From contig JAKAVN010000004.1 in NCBI GenBank assembly GCA_021827495.1, positions 1-53,623 on the forward strand: a stretch of DNA of 53,623 bases, written 5' to 3'. Shown one piece after another: positions 26,431-36,357 of the stretch (the stretch's first letter is position 1; each line of letters starts with the position of its first letter). The stretch is from Deltaproteobacteria bacterium (GTDB lineage: Bacteria > Desulfobacterota > Binatia > Binatales > Binataceae). The notes under the pieces are model-generated. The model saw nothing but the letters and a program-made list of their open reading frames with translations, was not told where the DNA came from and ran no database searches. The translations under genes were made by a program, and so were the position numbers.

Positions 26431-27432
26431 ATGAAAAAGGTGCTGGTTACCGGCGCTGGGGGGTTCATCGGACATCATCTGGTTCGCTACCTCAAGGATC
26501 GGGACTACTGGGTGCGGGGCGTGGATATGAAGCACTCTGAATACGAGCCCAGCCTTGCGGACGAGTTCGTATTGCTCGATTTGCGGCGTATCGACCATTG
26601 CCTCGAAGCGACCCGCGGCGTGCAGGAGGTCTACGCGCTGGCCGCCGATATGGGCGGAATGGGCTTCATCTCGTCACATCACGCGCAGATCCTTCGTGAC
26701 AACTCGCTGATCAATATCCATACGCTGGAGTCGGCCCGGCAAAACGGCGTCGAGCGCTACCTCTACTGCTCCTCGGCCTGTGTATATCCCGAGTATCGCC
26801 AGACGGCGGCTGAGGTGGCGCCGCTGCGCGAGGAAGATGCGTACCCGGCGCAGCCACAGGATGCGTATGGCTGGGAAAAGCTGATTACTGAGCGGCTATG
26901 CACGCACTATCGCGAGGATTATGGACTCGAGACCCGCATCGTGCGCTTCCATAACATCTTTGGGCCGCTCGGCACATGGCAGGGCGGGCGTGAGAAAGCG
27001 CCGGCCGCGATATGCCGCAAGCTTGCAGCCGCCAAGCTCAGCGGGAATCACGAGATCGAGATCTGGGGCGACGGCGAGCAAACCCGTTCCTTCTGTTATA
27101 TCGACGACTGCGTAATCGGAATCCACAAGCTGATGCGCTCGGATTACCGCGCGCCGCTCAATCTGGGCCAGGACCGGCTGATCACGATCAACCAGCTGGT
27201 CGACATGGCCGCGGCGATCGCCGGCATTCGCATCGTCAAGCGCCACGTCGAAGGGCCGCAGGGCGTGCGCGGCCGCAACTCCGACAACACGCGTTTGCGC
27301 CAGGTGCTCGGCTGGGAACCGCAAATTAGCCTCGAAGAGGGCCTCGCCAGAACCTATCGATGGATCGAAGCGCAGGTTCGCAATGCGGATGCGCCAATGC
27401 GCGCGCATCCGGGCCTGGCCGGCGCCGTCTGA
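26431..27432 (+). CDS. NAD-dependent epimerase, GDP-mannose 3,5-epimerase-like
   Basis: VTGAGGFIG, LAADMGGMGFI, SSACVYP, DAYGWEKL, RFHNIFGP, GGREKAPAAICRK, IWGDGEQTRSF and GVRGRNSDNT match the GME-like subfamily. Confidence 0.88.
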   Translation: MKKVLVTGAGGFIGHHLVRYLKDRDYWVRGVDMKHSEYEPSLADEFVLLDLRRIDHCLEATRGVQEVYALAADMGGMGFISSHHAQILRDNSLINIHTLESARQNGVERYLYCSSACVYPEYRQTAAEVAPLREEDAYPAQPQDAYGWEKLITERLCTHYREDYGLETRIVRFHNIFGPLGTWQGGREKAPAAICRKLAAAKLSGNHEIEIWGDGEQTRSFCYIDDCVIGIHKLMRSDYRAPLNLGQDRLITINQLVDMAAAIAGIRIVKRHVEGPQGVRGRNSDNTRLRQVLGWEPQISLEEGLARTYRWIEAQVRNADAPMRAHPGLAGAV

Positions 27433-27492
27433 GCGGCGCGCCGGAATTCGTCCGCATCAGCCGATCGCCCACGCGAGATCCCTCTTCCGCCG

Positions 27493-28908
27493 ATGTTGAT
27501 AGCGCGCAGAAAGCTTCTCCGCCAGATGTTGGCGCTTTGCGACGCCGCGACCCTTGTGGCGAGCTTCGCCGCCGCCTACCAGGCTGTCGGCCTGCTGTTG
27601 CGCCGCGATTTCGTCTCGTTCGCCGACTACGCCTGGCTGCTCGCGCTGATCATACCTATATGGCTTGCCTGTCTGCGCGCTTTCGGCCTTTACGGTTCGG
27701 CCGCCTATGCCTCCAGTCAGGGGCTGGTGAGCCGCCTGGTGCAGGCGCAGTTCATCGCCGGCCTCCTGCTGCTCAGCTCGATGTACCTGACTCGCTCGGT
27801 GGGTATCAGCCGCCTGCTGCTGCAAACCTTCCTGGGCGTCAGTTTCGCATTCCTGGCGGCGCAGAAGTTCGCGCTGCGGGCTTACCTCGACCATGCCCGC
27901 CGGAGCATCCCGGTGCGGCGGCGCAAGGTTCTGCTGGTGTCGGCTCCCACAGCGGCCGAACGATACTTGCGGCTGGCACGCACGCACGCCTCGATGATGG
28001 CCGACGTGGTCGGGATGCTCACGCCCGGTGCACCCAACGGACACGTTGGCGACGGCACCATACCGCGTGTGCTCGGCGCGGCCGACGACCTTCCAGCGGT
28101 GCTTCGGGCGCGCGTAGTCGATGAGGTCGTGGTGGTTTCGGCGCTGGAACCCGCGATGCTCGAGCGGCTCAGCCGATGCTGCTCGATGCGGGGTATCCTG
28201 ATGCGCATGCTGGTCGAAGTACCGCGCCCCGCCATCGGGGTATGGCACGCCGAGCATTTCGACGAGGGCGCCTTTCTGTTGTCACTGGCGACGATTCCGC
28301 AGCACGCCTTGCATCTGCTCATGAAGCGAATCGTAGATGTGAGTGGCGCGGCTCTCGGGCTGGTTTTGTACGGCTTCGCCTACGTGTGGTACGCGATACG
28401 GCTGCGGCGCGAGACCGGCGACTCGGTGCTGTTCCGTCAGCAGCGCGTGGGATGCAACGGGCGCCGCTTCACGCTCTACAAGTTTCGTACGATGTGCGCC
28501 GGGGCCGAGCAGCTAAAGGCCGAACTGGGCGGGCGCAACGAGATGGACGGGCCGATCTTCAAGCTCAAGCACGACCCGCGCGTGACGCCCACCGGGCACA
28601 AGTTGCGCCGCCGCCATCTCGACGAGCTGCCGCAGTTCTGGAACGTGCTCAAAGGTGAAATGAGCCTGGTCGGCACGCGGCCACCGACTGCCGACGAGAC
28701 CGCCGCTTACCTGGAACACCATCAGCGCCGCCTCAGCATGAAGCCGGGGCTGACCGGGCTCTGGCAGCTCAGTGGCAACGGCGCGGTCAAGGACTTCGAG
28801 GACGTGGTGAAACTCGACTGCGAGTATATCGATAACTGGTCGCTATGGCTGGATTTCAAAATCGTTGCGAAGACCGTTGCTAAGGTGATGCGCGGCGACG
28901 GCTGGTGA
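27493..28908 (+). CDS. Priming polyprenyl-phosphate sugar-1-phosphate transferase (WcaJ/CpsE type)
   Basis: N-terminal TM bundle and C-terminal Bac_transf domain: KRIVDV, YKFRTM, DPRVTP, LDELPQFWNVLKGEMSLVGTRP, KPGLTGLWQ. Confidence 0.93.
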   Translation: MLIARRKLLRQMLALCDAATLVASFAAAYQAVGLLLRRDFVSFADYAWLLALIIPIWLACLRAFGLYGSAAYASSQGLVSRLVQAQFIAGLLLLSSMYLTRSVGISRLLLQTFLGVSFAFLAAQKFALRAYLDHARRSIPVRRRKVLLVSAPTAAERYLRLARTHASMMADVVGMLTPGAPNGHVGDGTIPRVLGAADDLPAVLRARVVDEVVVVSALEPAMLERLSRCCSMRGILMRMLVEVPRPAIGVWHAEHFDEGAFLLSLATIPQHALHLLMKRIVDVSGAALGLVLYGFAYVWYAIRLRRETGDSVLFRQQRVGCNGRRFTLYKFRTMCAGAEQLKAELGGRNEMDGPIFKLKHDPRVTPTGHKLRRRHLDELPQFWNVLKGEMSLVGTRPPTADETAAYLEHHQRRLSMKPGLTGLWQLSGNGAVKDFEDVVKLDCEYIDNWSLWLDFKIVAKTVAKVMRGDGW

Positions 28909-30290
28909 CGACGCCGGTGGTTGATTTGAATTCAAGGCGGCTTGACGATGCCGGCGCGGGCCGGCGTCTCAATATGCGGCGCTGGCTGGTCGTGCCGCTC
29001 CCTTGGGCAATAGTGACCTTCGCATTCGTGTCGATGGCTGGCTGGCCGAAAACCCGGCCCTTGATTGCCGACAGTATAGCCTATCGCGCGCTTGCGCTGG
29101 GACACGCGAAGGAAGTTCTGGGCTCCATCGCCGGTCGCGTGCTGCATCCGGCCGCGGTCAGGCTGGTCAGCCGGGCAACAGGACTCAACGTCGATCAGGC
29201 GTTCCTCGCCGTGGCGCTGATCGCGCTCGCGCTGCTGATCGGAGCCGCCGCATGGATCCTGAGGCAGGCCACCGGCTTCGGGGCCTTGGTGCTTCCGCTG
29301 CTGTTCACGCCAGTACTCGTCCGCGAGATGTTTGGGCTGTACTATTGCCAGGACTTATTTTACGCCGCCCTCTTGAGCCTTTTCTTCGTGGTGCTGATGA
29401 AAGGCCGGAGGTGGCTCGCGCTCGCGTTGCTCTTTGCGCTGTTTCTTACGCGCGAGTCCACCATTGTGCTGGTCGTTGTGTGGGCGGCTATCGCTTGGTT
29501 CGAATCGGATTTCCTGATCGTTGGCGCGTGCGTCGCAGTGGCGATGGCCGGACTGGGCGTGTCGCGGATGTTTGCGGCGCTTGGCGGACCGAACGTACAT
29601 CATACCAGCGAACTGGTTTTTCTCGCGCTCAAACCGCCCTTCGACTCGCTAAGGAATTTGTTGGGAATCGTCCTGGTACCGAGCGAGATGAAAGGTAAAC
29701 CCGGCTTCACCTGCACGCCCTTCGCGACAGTGCATCTGCCGCGGCTTCTCAGCTATGGATCCACCCGACAGTTCGGGATCTGCCGTCTCGATCCGGGAAT
29801 ACCGTTACATACGCTCACCCTGTGGCTGAGCCTGTTCGGCATCGGCCCGGCGGTCCTTTGGACGCTTCTCAGGCGCAACGGCCGCCGCGCCCTGATAGCT
29901 AGTCCCCTGTGGCTCAGGCTGGCTGCGATTTACGGGCTGCTCGCCTTTTTCATCGCGCCGGCCGTCAGCTTCTGGCTCGAGCGGGACATCGGCTATTCAT
30001 GGCCGGCCTTCTGGCTCGCCACACCGGTTCTTTTCAAGATGTTCTGTCCCTCCGCTTCCGGGCTCGCGGCCGCGTTGCTGTTGGAGAATCTTGCGGCGTG
30101 CTGGATTCCCTACGCGCTCGGCGCCATCCCGAACCATCATGGGCTGTCCTCTGTGGCCGCGCTGTGTGCGGCGCTGGCGATGCAGGCGATGGCGCTGTGG
30201 ACACTCAGAGACAAGGCGGCGATGTGCGGGCGCGTGCCGCAGCCGCTGGTTGATGATGGGCCGCTGCGCAGGCGTCTGGCCGCGCGCTAG
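28905..30290 (+). CDS. Polytopic membrane protein, possibly a GT-C fold glycosyltransferase
   Basis: About 11-12 TM segments; acidic DSIAY motif after TM1; RVLHP; QDLFY; LTRES; a periplasmic loop with a Cys pair. GTGA overlap with the priming transferase. Confidence 0.6.
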   Translation: MTTPVVDLNSRRLDDAGAGRRLNMRRWLVVPLPWAIVTFAFVSMAGWPKTRPLIADSIAYRALALGHAKEVLGSIAGRVLHPAAVRLVSRATGLNVDQAFLAVALIALALLIGAAAWILRQATGFGALVLPLLFTPVLVREMFGLYYCQDLFYAALLSLFFVVLMKGRRWLALALLFALFLTRESTIVLVVVWAAIAWFESDFLIVGACVAVAMAGLGVSRMFAALGGPNVHHTSELVFLALKPPFDSLRNLLGIVLVPSEMKGKPGFTCTPFATVHLPRLLSYGSTRQFGICRLDPGIPLHTLTLWLSLFGIGPAVLWTLLRRNGRRALIASPLWLRLAAIYGLLAFFIAPAVSFWLERDIGYSWPAFWLATPVLFKMFCPSASGLAAALLLENLAACWIPYALGAIPNHHGLSSVAALCAALAMQAMALWTLRDKAAMCGRVPQPLVDDGPLRRRLAAR

Positions 30291-30517
30291 GGCACGGCTC
30301 AAAAGCGCAGACGTGAGCAGGGTGCAAAAGAACGCTACGCGAGGCGCCGCCGGTGCTATTCGTGGCGCTGCACAGCGCAGAGCAGCATACGAAGTGTGCG
30401 GCGCTTCTGAAAGCGGCCGACTATGCCCTCTACGACCCTGAAAGGCCAACCTGTGGATGGCATGCCTTTGGATGACAAGGTCTTCGCGGCACCCCAGACG
30501 CAATCAAGGTTCGCGCG

Positions 30518-31876
30518 ATGAAGTTTCGCTCCAAATGGCGCGCATTTAACGCCACGATGCCCTTCGGTGCCGGCGCCACGCTCACTGGCGCCGCGAACCT
30601 CGCGATTGCCGTGCTCAGCATCGTTACCGGCGTTGTCTCCGCCCGCCTGCTCGGCCCGCACGGTCGCGGCGAGCTCGCCGCTATACAGACGGCGCCGGGA
30701 TTTATCGCGGCGCTTGCCATGATCGGGATGCCCGAGGCGCTCACCTATTTTTCGGCGCAGGAGCCACTGCGCGCCGGACGCTACCTCGCCACTGCAAGCG
30801 CGATAGCGCTCGCCGCCTGCCCGCCCTTCATGGCCGCAGGATTCGTCGCGATGCCGATCTTGCTCCATGCGCAACGCCCGCAAATCGTCTCCGTCGCGAG
30901 ATGGTGCCTGCTGATCGCGCCCATCTGGGCCGTCGCGTCCATGCCGATGCCGGCGCTGCGCGGTCTCGGTGCCTTTGCGCAGTGGAACGCGCTACGGGTG
31001 ATGGTCCTGTTCTCGATAATCGCCGTGCTCGCTGCCGCATGGGTAACCGGCAACGTCACTGCCACGTTCATCGCGTATGGCTGGCTCGTCTATTCGGCGT
31101 TACTGTTTTTACCCGCTTTTTGGTTTGTGCTCCGTCGCAGCGTCCACGTCTCCTTTCTGCCCGACTCAGCCAGCGCCGGCCAGATGTTTCGGTATGGGGC
31201 GCCCTGCATGATGACTGCGTTGCCTCAGATGCTGAACTTGCGGCTCGACCAGATGCTGATGGCCGCGTTAGTACCGCCACGGGATTTGGGACTGTATGTC
31301 GTCGCGGTCGCCTGGAGCGGCGCCGTTGGCCTCATCGTGAACGCGGTCGGCACAGTGATGCTACCGTCTGTCGCATCCGCTGCCGACCGCGAACATGCGG
31401 TGCGCCGTCTCGGCGCGGGGACCCGGGCAACTTCGCTCATGGCGGGTCTGATCTCGGTCTCGGTCATGGCTTCCGCTCCGCTAGCGATCGTGTTTCTCTT
31501 CGGCGCGCCGTATCGCGGCGCGATTCCGTCCGCGCTCGTGTTGGCGCCGGCGGCAGGCGTGCTGGGGATCAATTTCACGCTGCAGGAGGGGCTGCGCGGA
31601 CTCGGCCGTCCTTACCTCGTGCTCCGCGCCGAAGTCATCGGGCTTGTGGTTACCGCGATTGCGCTTCCCGCGATGCTACCGGCGCTCGGCATCTTCGGCG
31701 CCGCGCTGGCTTCGATGGGGGGGTATGTCGCCGTGATGGTCGCGCTGCTCGCCGGAGCGCGCAGCGCCGTTGGCGCGTCGCCCGCTATGCTCCTGGTTCC
31801 GCACTGGCATGAGCTCAGCGAGGGGCTTCGCCGCCTCCGCGCGCTCGCGCACAGCCTCGCGCCATCCACTGGATGA
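30518..31876 (+). CDS. wzx: Oligosaccharide flippase (Wzx, MOP superfamily)
   Basis: SARLLGPHGRGE, YGAPCM...LNLRLDQMLM...DLGLYVVA and FLFGAPYRGAI motifs; about 12 TM segments. Confidence 0.88.
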   Translation: MKFRSKWRAFNATMPFGAGATLTGAANLAIAVLSIVTGVVSARLLGPHGRGELAAIQTAPGFIAALAMIGMPEALTYFSAQEPLRAGRYLATASAIALAACPPFMAAGFVAMPILLHAQRPQIVSVARWCLLIAPIWAVASMPMPALRGLGAFAQWNALRVMVLFSIIAVLAAAWVTGNVTATFIAYGWLVYSALLFLPAFWFVLRRSVHVSFLPDSASAGQMFRYGAPCMMTALPQMLNLRLDQMLMAALVPPRDLGLYVVAVAWSGAVGLIVNAVGTVMLPSVASAADREHAVRRLGAGTRATSLMAGLISVSVMASAPLAIVFLFGAPYRGAIPSALVLAPAAGVLGINFTLQEGLRGLGRPYLVLRAEVIGLVVTAIALPAMLPALGIFGAALASMGGYVAVMVALLAGARSAVGASPAMLLVPHWHELSEGLRRLRALAHSLAPSTG

Positions 31877-31902
31877 CGCCTTGCTTTTGGATGACGTCTT
31901 GC
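31870..31902. repeat. 15-bp direct repeat at the wzx stop
   Basis: tggatgacgccttgc (31870-31884) and tggatgacgtcttgc (31888-31902), one mismatch. Confidence 0.6.
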
Positions 31903-31979
31903 CTGCGGTTCAGAATTTCGCCCTCCCCGTGCCTGTTCGCGTCTATGGAAAGTGAGGAAGGGGTTAAGGGAGCGAGCAA

Positions 31980-32912
31980 TTGCGAGTAAGCGTGCAGGCT
32001 GGTTGCCCTTCTTGCGGTTCTCCGAACTTAGCGCTTGCCGGGACCATTCCATCGAGCGATCTTTTTGCGGGGCAACAGCTACCAAAGCCGCGCGCGGGCG
32101 GTGCACTCTATGGTTGTCGCGTTTGCCATCTCGCCTTCCGATTCCCATGTCCCAGCGATGACGAACTGAATAATCTGTACGAGACCGGATGCGCCGACGC
32201 TTGGACGAACGGCCAAGCTCGAAAAGATTGGAAGATCGCGAAGGCATGGATTGATGAGCGCCTGCCCGTAGGTTCCTCGATCCTTGACGTCGGATGTTTC
32301 GACGGAGGCTTTCTAAATACTCTGGGTCCAGGCTACGAACGGTACGGGGTCGAAATTCAAAGCCGCGCGGCAGAAAAAGCCCGTAGCAGGGGGGTAAACC
32401 GTATAGCGGCTAGCTATGCGGAACTGGCGAATTGGTCTGATAGATTTGATGCCATTGTGGCCTTCGATCTAATTGAGCATGTCCGCGACCCGGCCAATTT
32501 GCTGGCCATGTTCGCCAAGGCCGTGCGTCCGGGCGGCTTGGTCATTGTATCATCGGGGAATTCCGACGCTTGGTCGTGGCGATTACTGGGCGCGCGTTAC
32601 TGGTATTGCGCGATCGGGGAGCACATTTCCTTCGTTAATCCACGCTGGGCGCGAAAAATCAGCCGTCGCGTCGGTTTGGCGTTCGAACGCAGCGAGTTCT
32701 TTTCCCACACGGAGGCGGGCGCTCTGCGCAAACTTACGGAGATTTCGAGGAACGTGGCATATCGCCTCGCTCCCGCCATGACCGCTCTGGCCCGCCGGAT
32801 GGGAGCCGGGGGTAAGCAAGCCCGTCGCTTTCCCGAGCTTGCCGACTATCCTCCGTCGTGGATGTCAGCGCGCGATCACTTCATTTGTCTTTGCTCAAAA
32901 CCAACCATCTGA
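31980..32912 (+). CDS. Class I SAM-dependent methyltransferase with N-terminal zinc-ribbon
   Basis: CPSCG and CRVCH pairs; ILDVGCFDGGF; FDAIVAFDLIEHV; EHISF. TTG start with SD aagggag. Confidence 0.85.
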   Translation: MRVSVQAGCPSCGSPNLALAGTIPSSDLFAGQQLPKPRAGGALYGCRVCHLAFRFPCPSDDELNNLYETGCADAWTNGQARKDWKIAKAWIDERLPVGSSILDVGCFDGGFLNTLGPGYERYGVEIQSRAAEKARSRGVNRIAASYAELANWSDRFDAIVAFDLIEHVRDPANLLAMFAKAVRPGGLVIVSSGNSDAWSWRLLGARYWYCAIGEHISFVNPRWARKISRRVGLAFERSEFFSHTEAGALRKLTEISRNVAYRLAPAMTALARRMGAGGKQARRFPELADYPPSWMSARDHFICLCSKPTI

Positions 32913-32963
32913 ACCGTTGCCGTTGGTGAACCTTCTCTGCACGGTCAAGAAAAGTCGCCGCGA

Positions 32964-34223
32964 ATGGTAGTTATTTCAAACGGCTTCAATAAGTTTCATA
33001 TGGCGGTCGCCGCCGCTGAGGCCCAACAGCGAAACATCCTGAGCTCCTTTATTACCGGCGCCTATCCGACCCCGGGAGTTCGTTGGCTATCGTGTATCAT
33101 GGGACTCAGATGGAATCGGAAATTCGCACGTTTCATCGCTCGCGCCGAGGCAATAAACGACCAGCACATTAAGCCGGCATGGCGCTCTGAAAGCCTTTAC
33201 GAGTTTGCGAGGATCGCTCGGCGAGCTGCTCCGGGTTTCGCTGAAATGTTAGAAGCGAGGTCCTTCCGGATCTACGGTCGGCAAGCGGTCCGGCCCGTCA
33301 TTGAAGCGGCCCGTCGTGGCGCCCGAATATACCACTATCGAGCCGGTTTTGGCGGTGACTCAGCGAAAGTTGCTGCGAACCTTGGAATGGTTACAGTCTG
33401 CGATTACTCCATGGCGCACGCGGCCACGCTGCCTCGACTTCTTGCTGACAGCGATCCACCGGCCGGCGGTTCCCCAATTCCACTCAATCGCATATGGCTT
33501 GAGATCGTTGCGGACGCGGAGCAAGCCGATGTCGTTTTGGTTAATTCCGATTTTGTTAAAAGCACGTTCCTTGAACAAGGATGGGACCCAGCGCGTCTGC
33601 GAGTGATTTATTTGGGAGTTGATGATGCGTTCATCGACTGTCTGCCTCTACGGGTCCCTCCTCCTGACGTCTCCGGCCCATTGCATCTGTTGTTTGCAGG
33701 AGGTTTCGAGCGACGAAAAGGTGCCGATCGGGTGATTGCCGCCTTGAAGCTCTTGAGCGACGTTCCTTGGACGCTGGAGATTGCCGGCGTCGTTGCTCCA
33801 GACATGCGGCGGTGCCGCGATTTCCTAAAAGACCCGCGGGTTTCAGTGACCGGCTGGCTTGCGCGCGACAAACTGGCGGCGCGGATGGCCGCCGCGGAAG
33901 TCTTCGTGTTTCCCTCCCGGGCCGAAGGCTCAGCTCGCGTCGTGTTCGAGGCGCTTGCGGCCGGTTGCTACGTCATCACCACACTCAACGCCGGCTCCAT
34001 CGTCGAGGACGGAGTTCATGGCCGGCTCATTCCTCCGGGCGATCCGGATCAGCTCGCCGCTGCAATTCGGGACGCAGCGGCGAAACGACGTGGATTGGCG
34101 GAAATTGCGCGCCGCAACGCGGCACTCGTGCGGGAGAAGTACCGGCAGCGAGACTATGGCGACAAGCTCGTGGCTCTCTACGAGGATCTGCTAATATCCA
34201 AAAGGCCGGGTGAAGCCGCATGA
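32964..34223 (+). CDS. Glycosyltransferase family 4
   Basis: VLVNSDFVKSTF, LLFAGGFERRKG and FVFPSRAEGSARVVFEALAAG (EX7E motif). Confidence 0.9.
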   Translation: MVVISNGFNKFHMAVAAAEAQQRNILSSFITGAYPTPGVRWLSCIMGLRWNRKFARFIARAEAINDQHIKPAWRSESLYEFARIARRAAPGFAEMLEARSFRIYGRQAVRPVIEAARRGARIYHYRAGFGGDSAKVAANLGMVTVCDYSMAHAATLPRLLADSDPPAGGSPIPLNRIWLEIVADAEQADVVLVNSDFVKSTFLEQGWDPARLRVIYLGVDDAFIDCLPLRVPPPDVSGPLHLLFAGGFERRKGADRVIAALKLLSDVPWTLEIAGVVAPDMRRCRDFLKDPRVSVTGWLARDKLAARMAAAEVFVFPSRAEGSARVVFEALAAGCYVITTLNAGSIVEDGVHGRLIPPGDPDQLAAAIRDAAAKRRGLAEIARRNAALVREKYRQRDYGDKLVALYEDLLISKRPGEAA

Positions 34224-35518
34224 ACGCGAGTGCTCGCGCGGCAGGTTATCCCGGGGAAGGCGAGCTGCAGGCCGCATCCGCGCCGTGGGGAGGACGGCTG
34301 GTCGACCTGCTGATGGTCTTGATTCCGGCTTCCGAGTGTATTCAGTTCCACGTGGTCGGCACGCTGTTCGCGCCCGATATTTTGTTACTCGCGTTGTTGC
34401 CCTTCGTCGTCGCCTCGAAGGCTCAACTGCTGCGCCTAAGGCTGCCACGCACCTTTCTCCTTTGGGGCGCGGCATGGTTGTTCGTGCAGATGGCGACCGA
34501 CCTTATTCGTTCGACGCCCCTTGATGACTATCTGCGCGGCTGGGCAATGATAGCCTTCACCTTGACCAATTTCACGGTCCTGTACGTACTGCTCTATCAG
34601 AACCGCCGCCGGATCGTTCTATACGCATTCGGGCTTGCCAGCGGCGGCGTGCTAAGTTACTTCCTCAGCCCGGGCATGTTTGCCGCCGGAGATCCTTGGA
34701 AGTTCGGCTACGGCTATGGGATAACCTTGGTCATAGTCTTGCTCGCCACCCGCGCCGCCGGCCGCTCGAGGACTCTGACCGCGGCGGTACTCATAGCGCT
34801 GGCCGCCGTGCTCAACCTTTACAACGGTTTTCGGAGCCTGGCGGGCGTATGCTTCCTGGCGTCCGCCTACCTGCTGGTGCAGCGGCTCGCGCGTGTTCGG
34901 CGCGAGCGCGGGATGCGCGTGAGCTTCGCCGGAGCGCTCGCGGCGTATGCGATACTGGCCCTGTCGAGCGCCGGCGTGCTCCGGCTATACGAGTACTGCG
35001 CCGGCAACGGGATGCTCGGCTATGAAGCGTGGAACAAATATGAGGTCCAATCATCGGGCCGCTATGGCATATTGATCGGCGGCCGCGCCGACTTTCTGAC
35101 CGGGACGGAGGCCGTGCTGGATTCGCCTATCGTCGGGCATGGCTCGTGGGCTAAGGATTGGCGCTATGCGTCCCGGACTGAGTCGGTGATGGCGGATCTC
35201 GGCTATGGAGTTCAGGACACCCCCGAGTCCTGGACCATTCCTTCGCATTCATATCTGCTAAGCGCGTGGATCGACGCGGGCGTTGTTGGCGCGATCTTTT
35301 GGCTGTGGGTGCTGTCACTTTCCTTGCGCGTGCTGGCGCGGCTGTATGCCACGGCGGAGCCGCTGGCGCCGCTGGTAGCTTTTCTGGCTATCGGCTTTAT
35401 CTGGGACGTACTTTTTTCTCCGTTCGGTGCTACCGCAAGATTAAGTGTTTCCTTTGTCGTGGTCACGCTGATGTGGTTCCTCGAGACGCATCCGCGCTTC
35501 GACGGACCTGCCGCTTAA
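34220..35518 (+). CDS. wzy: Putative polysaccharide polymerase (Wzy) / O-antigen-ligase-like membrane protein
   Basis: About 11 TM segments; GFRS motif; periplasmic loop with GRAD...SPIVGHG and PSHSYLLSAWIDAGVVG. Located among the glycosyltransferases. Confidence 0.7.
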   Translation: MNASARAAGYPGEGELQAASAPWGGRLVDLLMVLIPASECIQFHVVGTLFAPDILLLALLPFVVASKAQLLRLRLPRTFLLWGAAWLFVQMATDLIRSTPLDDYLRGWAMIAFTLTNFTVLYVLLYQNRRRIVLYAFGLASGGVLSYFLSPGMFAAGDPWKFGYGYGITLVIVLLATRAAGRSRTLTAAVLIALAAVLNLYNGFRSLAGVCFLASAYLLVQRLARVRRERGMRVSFAGALAAYAILALSSAGVLRLYEYCAGNGMLGYEAWNKYEVQSSGRYGILIGGRADFLTGTEAVLDSPIVGHGSWAKDWRYASRTESVMADLGYGVQDTPESWTIPSHSYLLSAWIDAGVVGAIFWLWVLSLSLRVLARLYATAEPLAPLVAFLAIGFIWDVLFSPFGATARLSVSFVVVTLMWFLETHPRFDGPAA

Positions 35519-35535
35519 ACACCCCCGGCTGCACC

Positions 35536-36348
35536 ATGCGAATCTCGATTGTCACTATTTCCTACAACCAGGGGCGCTTTCTAGAGCAGGCGATCCGCTC
35601 GGTCCTCGAACAGGCCTACGACGACGTCGAATACATAGTGGTGGACCCCGGCTCAACTGACGGCAGCCGGGCGATCATAGACAAATACCAGCACAGGCTT
35701 GCGGCTTCTGTTCTCGAACCGGATCGGGGACCGGCGGATGGCCTCAACAAGGGCTTTGCCCGCGCTACAGGCGAAATCTACGGCTATCTTAACGCCGATG
35801 ACTATTTCCTGCCTGGTGCGCTGAAGCGGGCTGCCCGCTGCTTCCGTGAACACGACGTGGAGGTAATCGTTGGGCACTCCATTATCGTCGACCAGCTCGA
35901 CCGCGTCCGCCGTTATCACTATTCCGACCGCTTCAATCTTACCGCTTACGCCTATGGACAGGCGCAGCTGATGCAAGCATCGACGTTTTTTAAAGGCTCA
36001 GCCTTTGAAAGGCTGGGAGGGTTCAACCCGGAGAACAGGTCCAGTTGGGACGGCGAGTTGCTGGTCGAACTTGCGCTCGCCGGCGCACGCTTTGCAACCG
36101 TGAATCAATTGTTCAGTGCGTTCAGGATCTATCCCGATAGTATAAGCGGATCCGGCAAACTGCGGGCTCTTCTTTTAAGCGACCATGAGCGCATCTTCGC
36201 GAAGATCATGCGGCGCGAGAGAAGGTCGTATGATGATGTGGCCGGAGCATGGTGGCGCATGCGCAAGCATCTGTTAAACCCGCGAAACCTGGTTCAACGG
36301 CTGCTGTGGGGGGCGGTGTGCGGCGGGCGGCGGGAGTTGGCCGCGTAA
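35536..36348 (+). CDS. Glycosyltransferase family 2
   Basis: MRISIVTISYNQ, IVVDPGSTDGS, DRGPADGLNKG and YLNADD (DxD). Start ATG 35536. Confidence 0.92.
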   Translation: MRISIVTISYNQGRFLEQAIRSVLEQAYDDVEYIVVDPGSTDGSRAIIDKYQHRLAASVLEPDRGPADGLNKGFARATGEIYGYLNADDYFLPGALKRAARCFREHDVEVIVGHSIIVDQLDRVRRYHYSDRFNLTAYAYGQAQLMQASTFFKGSAFERLGGFNPENRSSWDGELLVELALAGARFATVNQLFSAFRIYPDSISGSGKLRALLLSDHERIFAKIMRRERRSYDDVAGAWWRMRKHLLNPRNLVQRLLWGAVCGGRRELAA

Positions 36349-36357
36349 AAGGCATCG

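Noticed and set aside
30462-30521. 19-codon ORF overlapping the wzx start (ATGA)
   Set aside because: Too short and without motif. It could reflect an alternative wzx start or chance.
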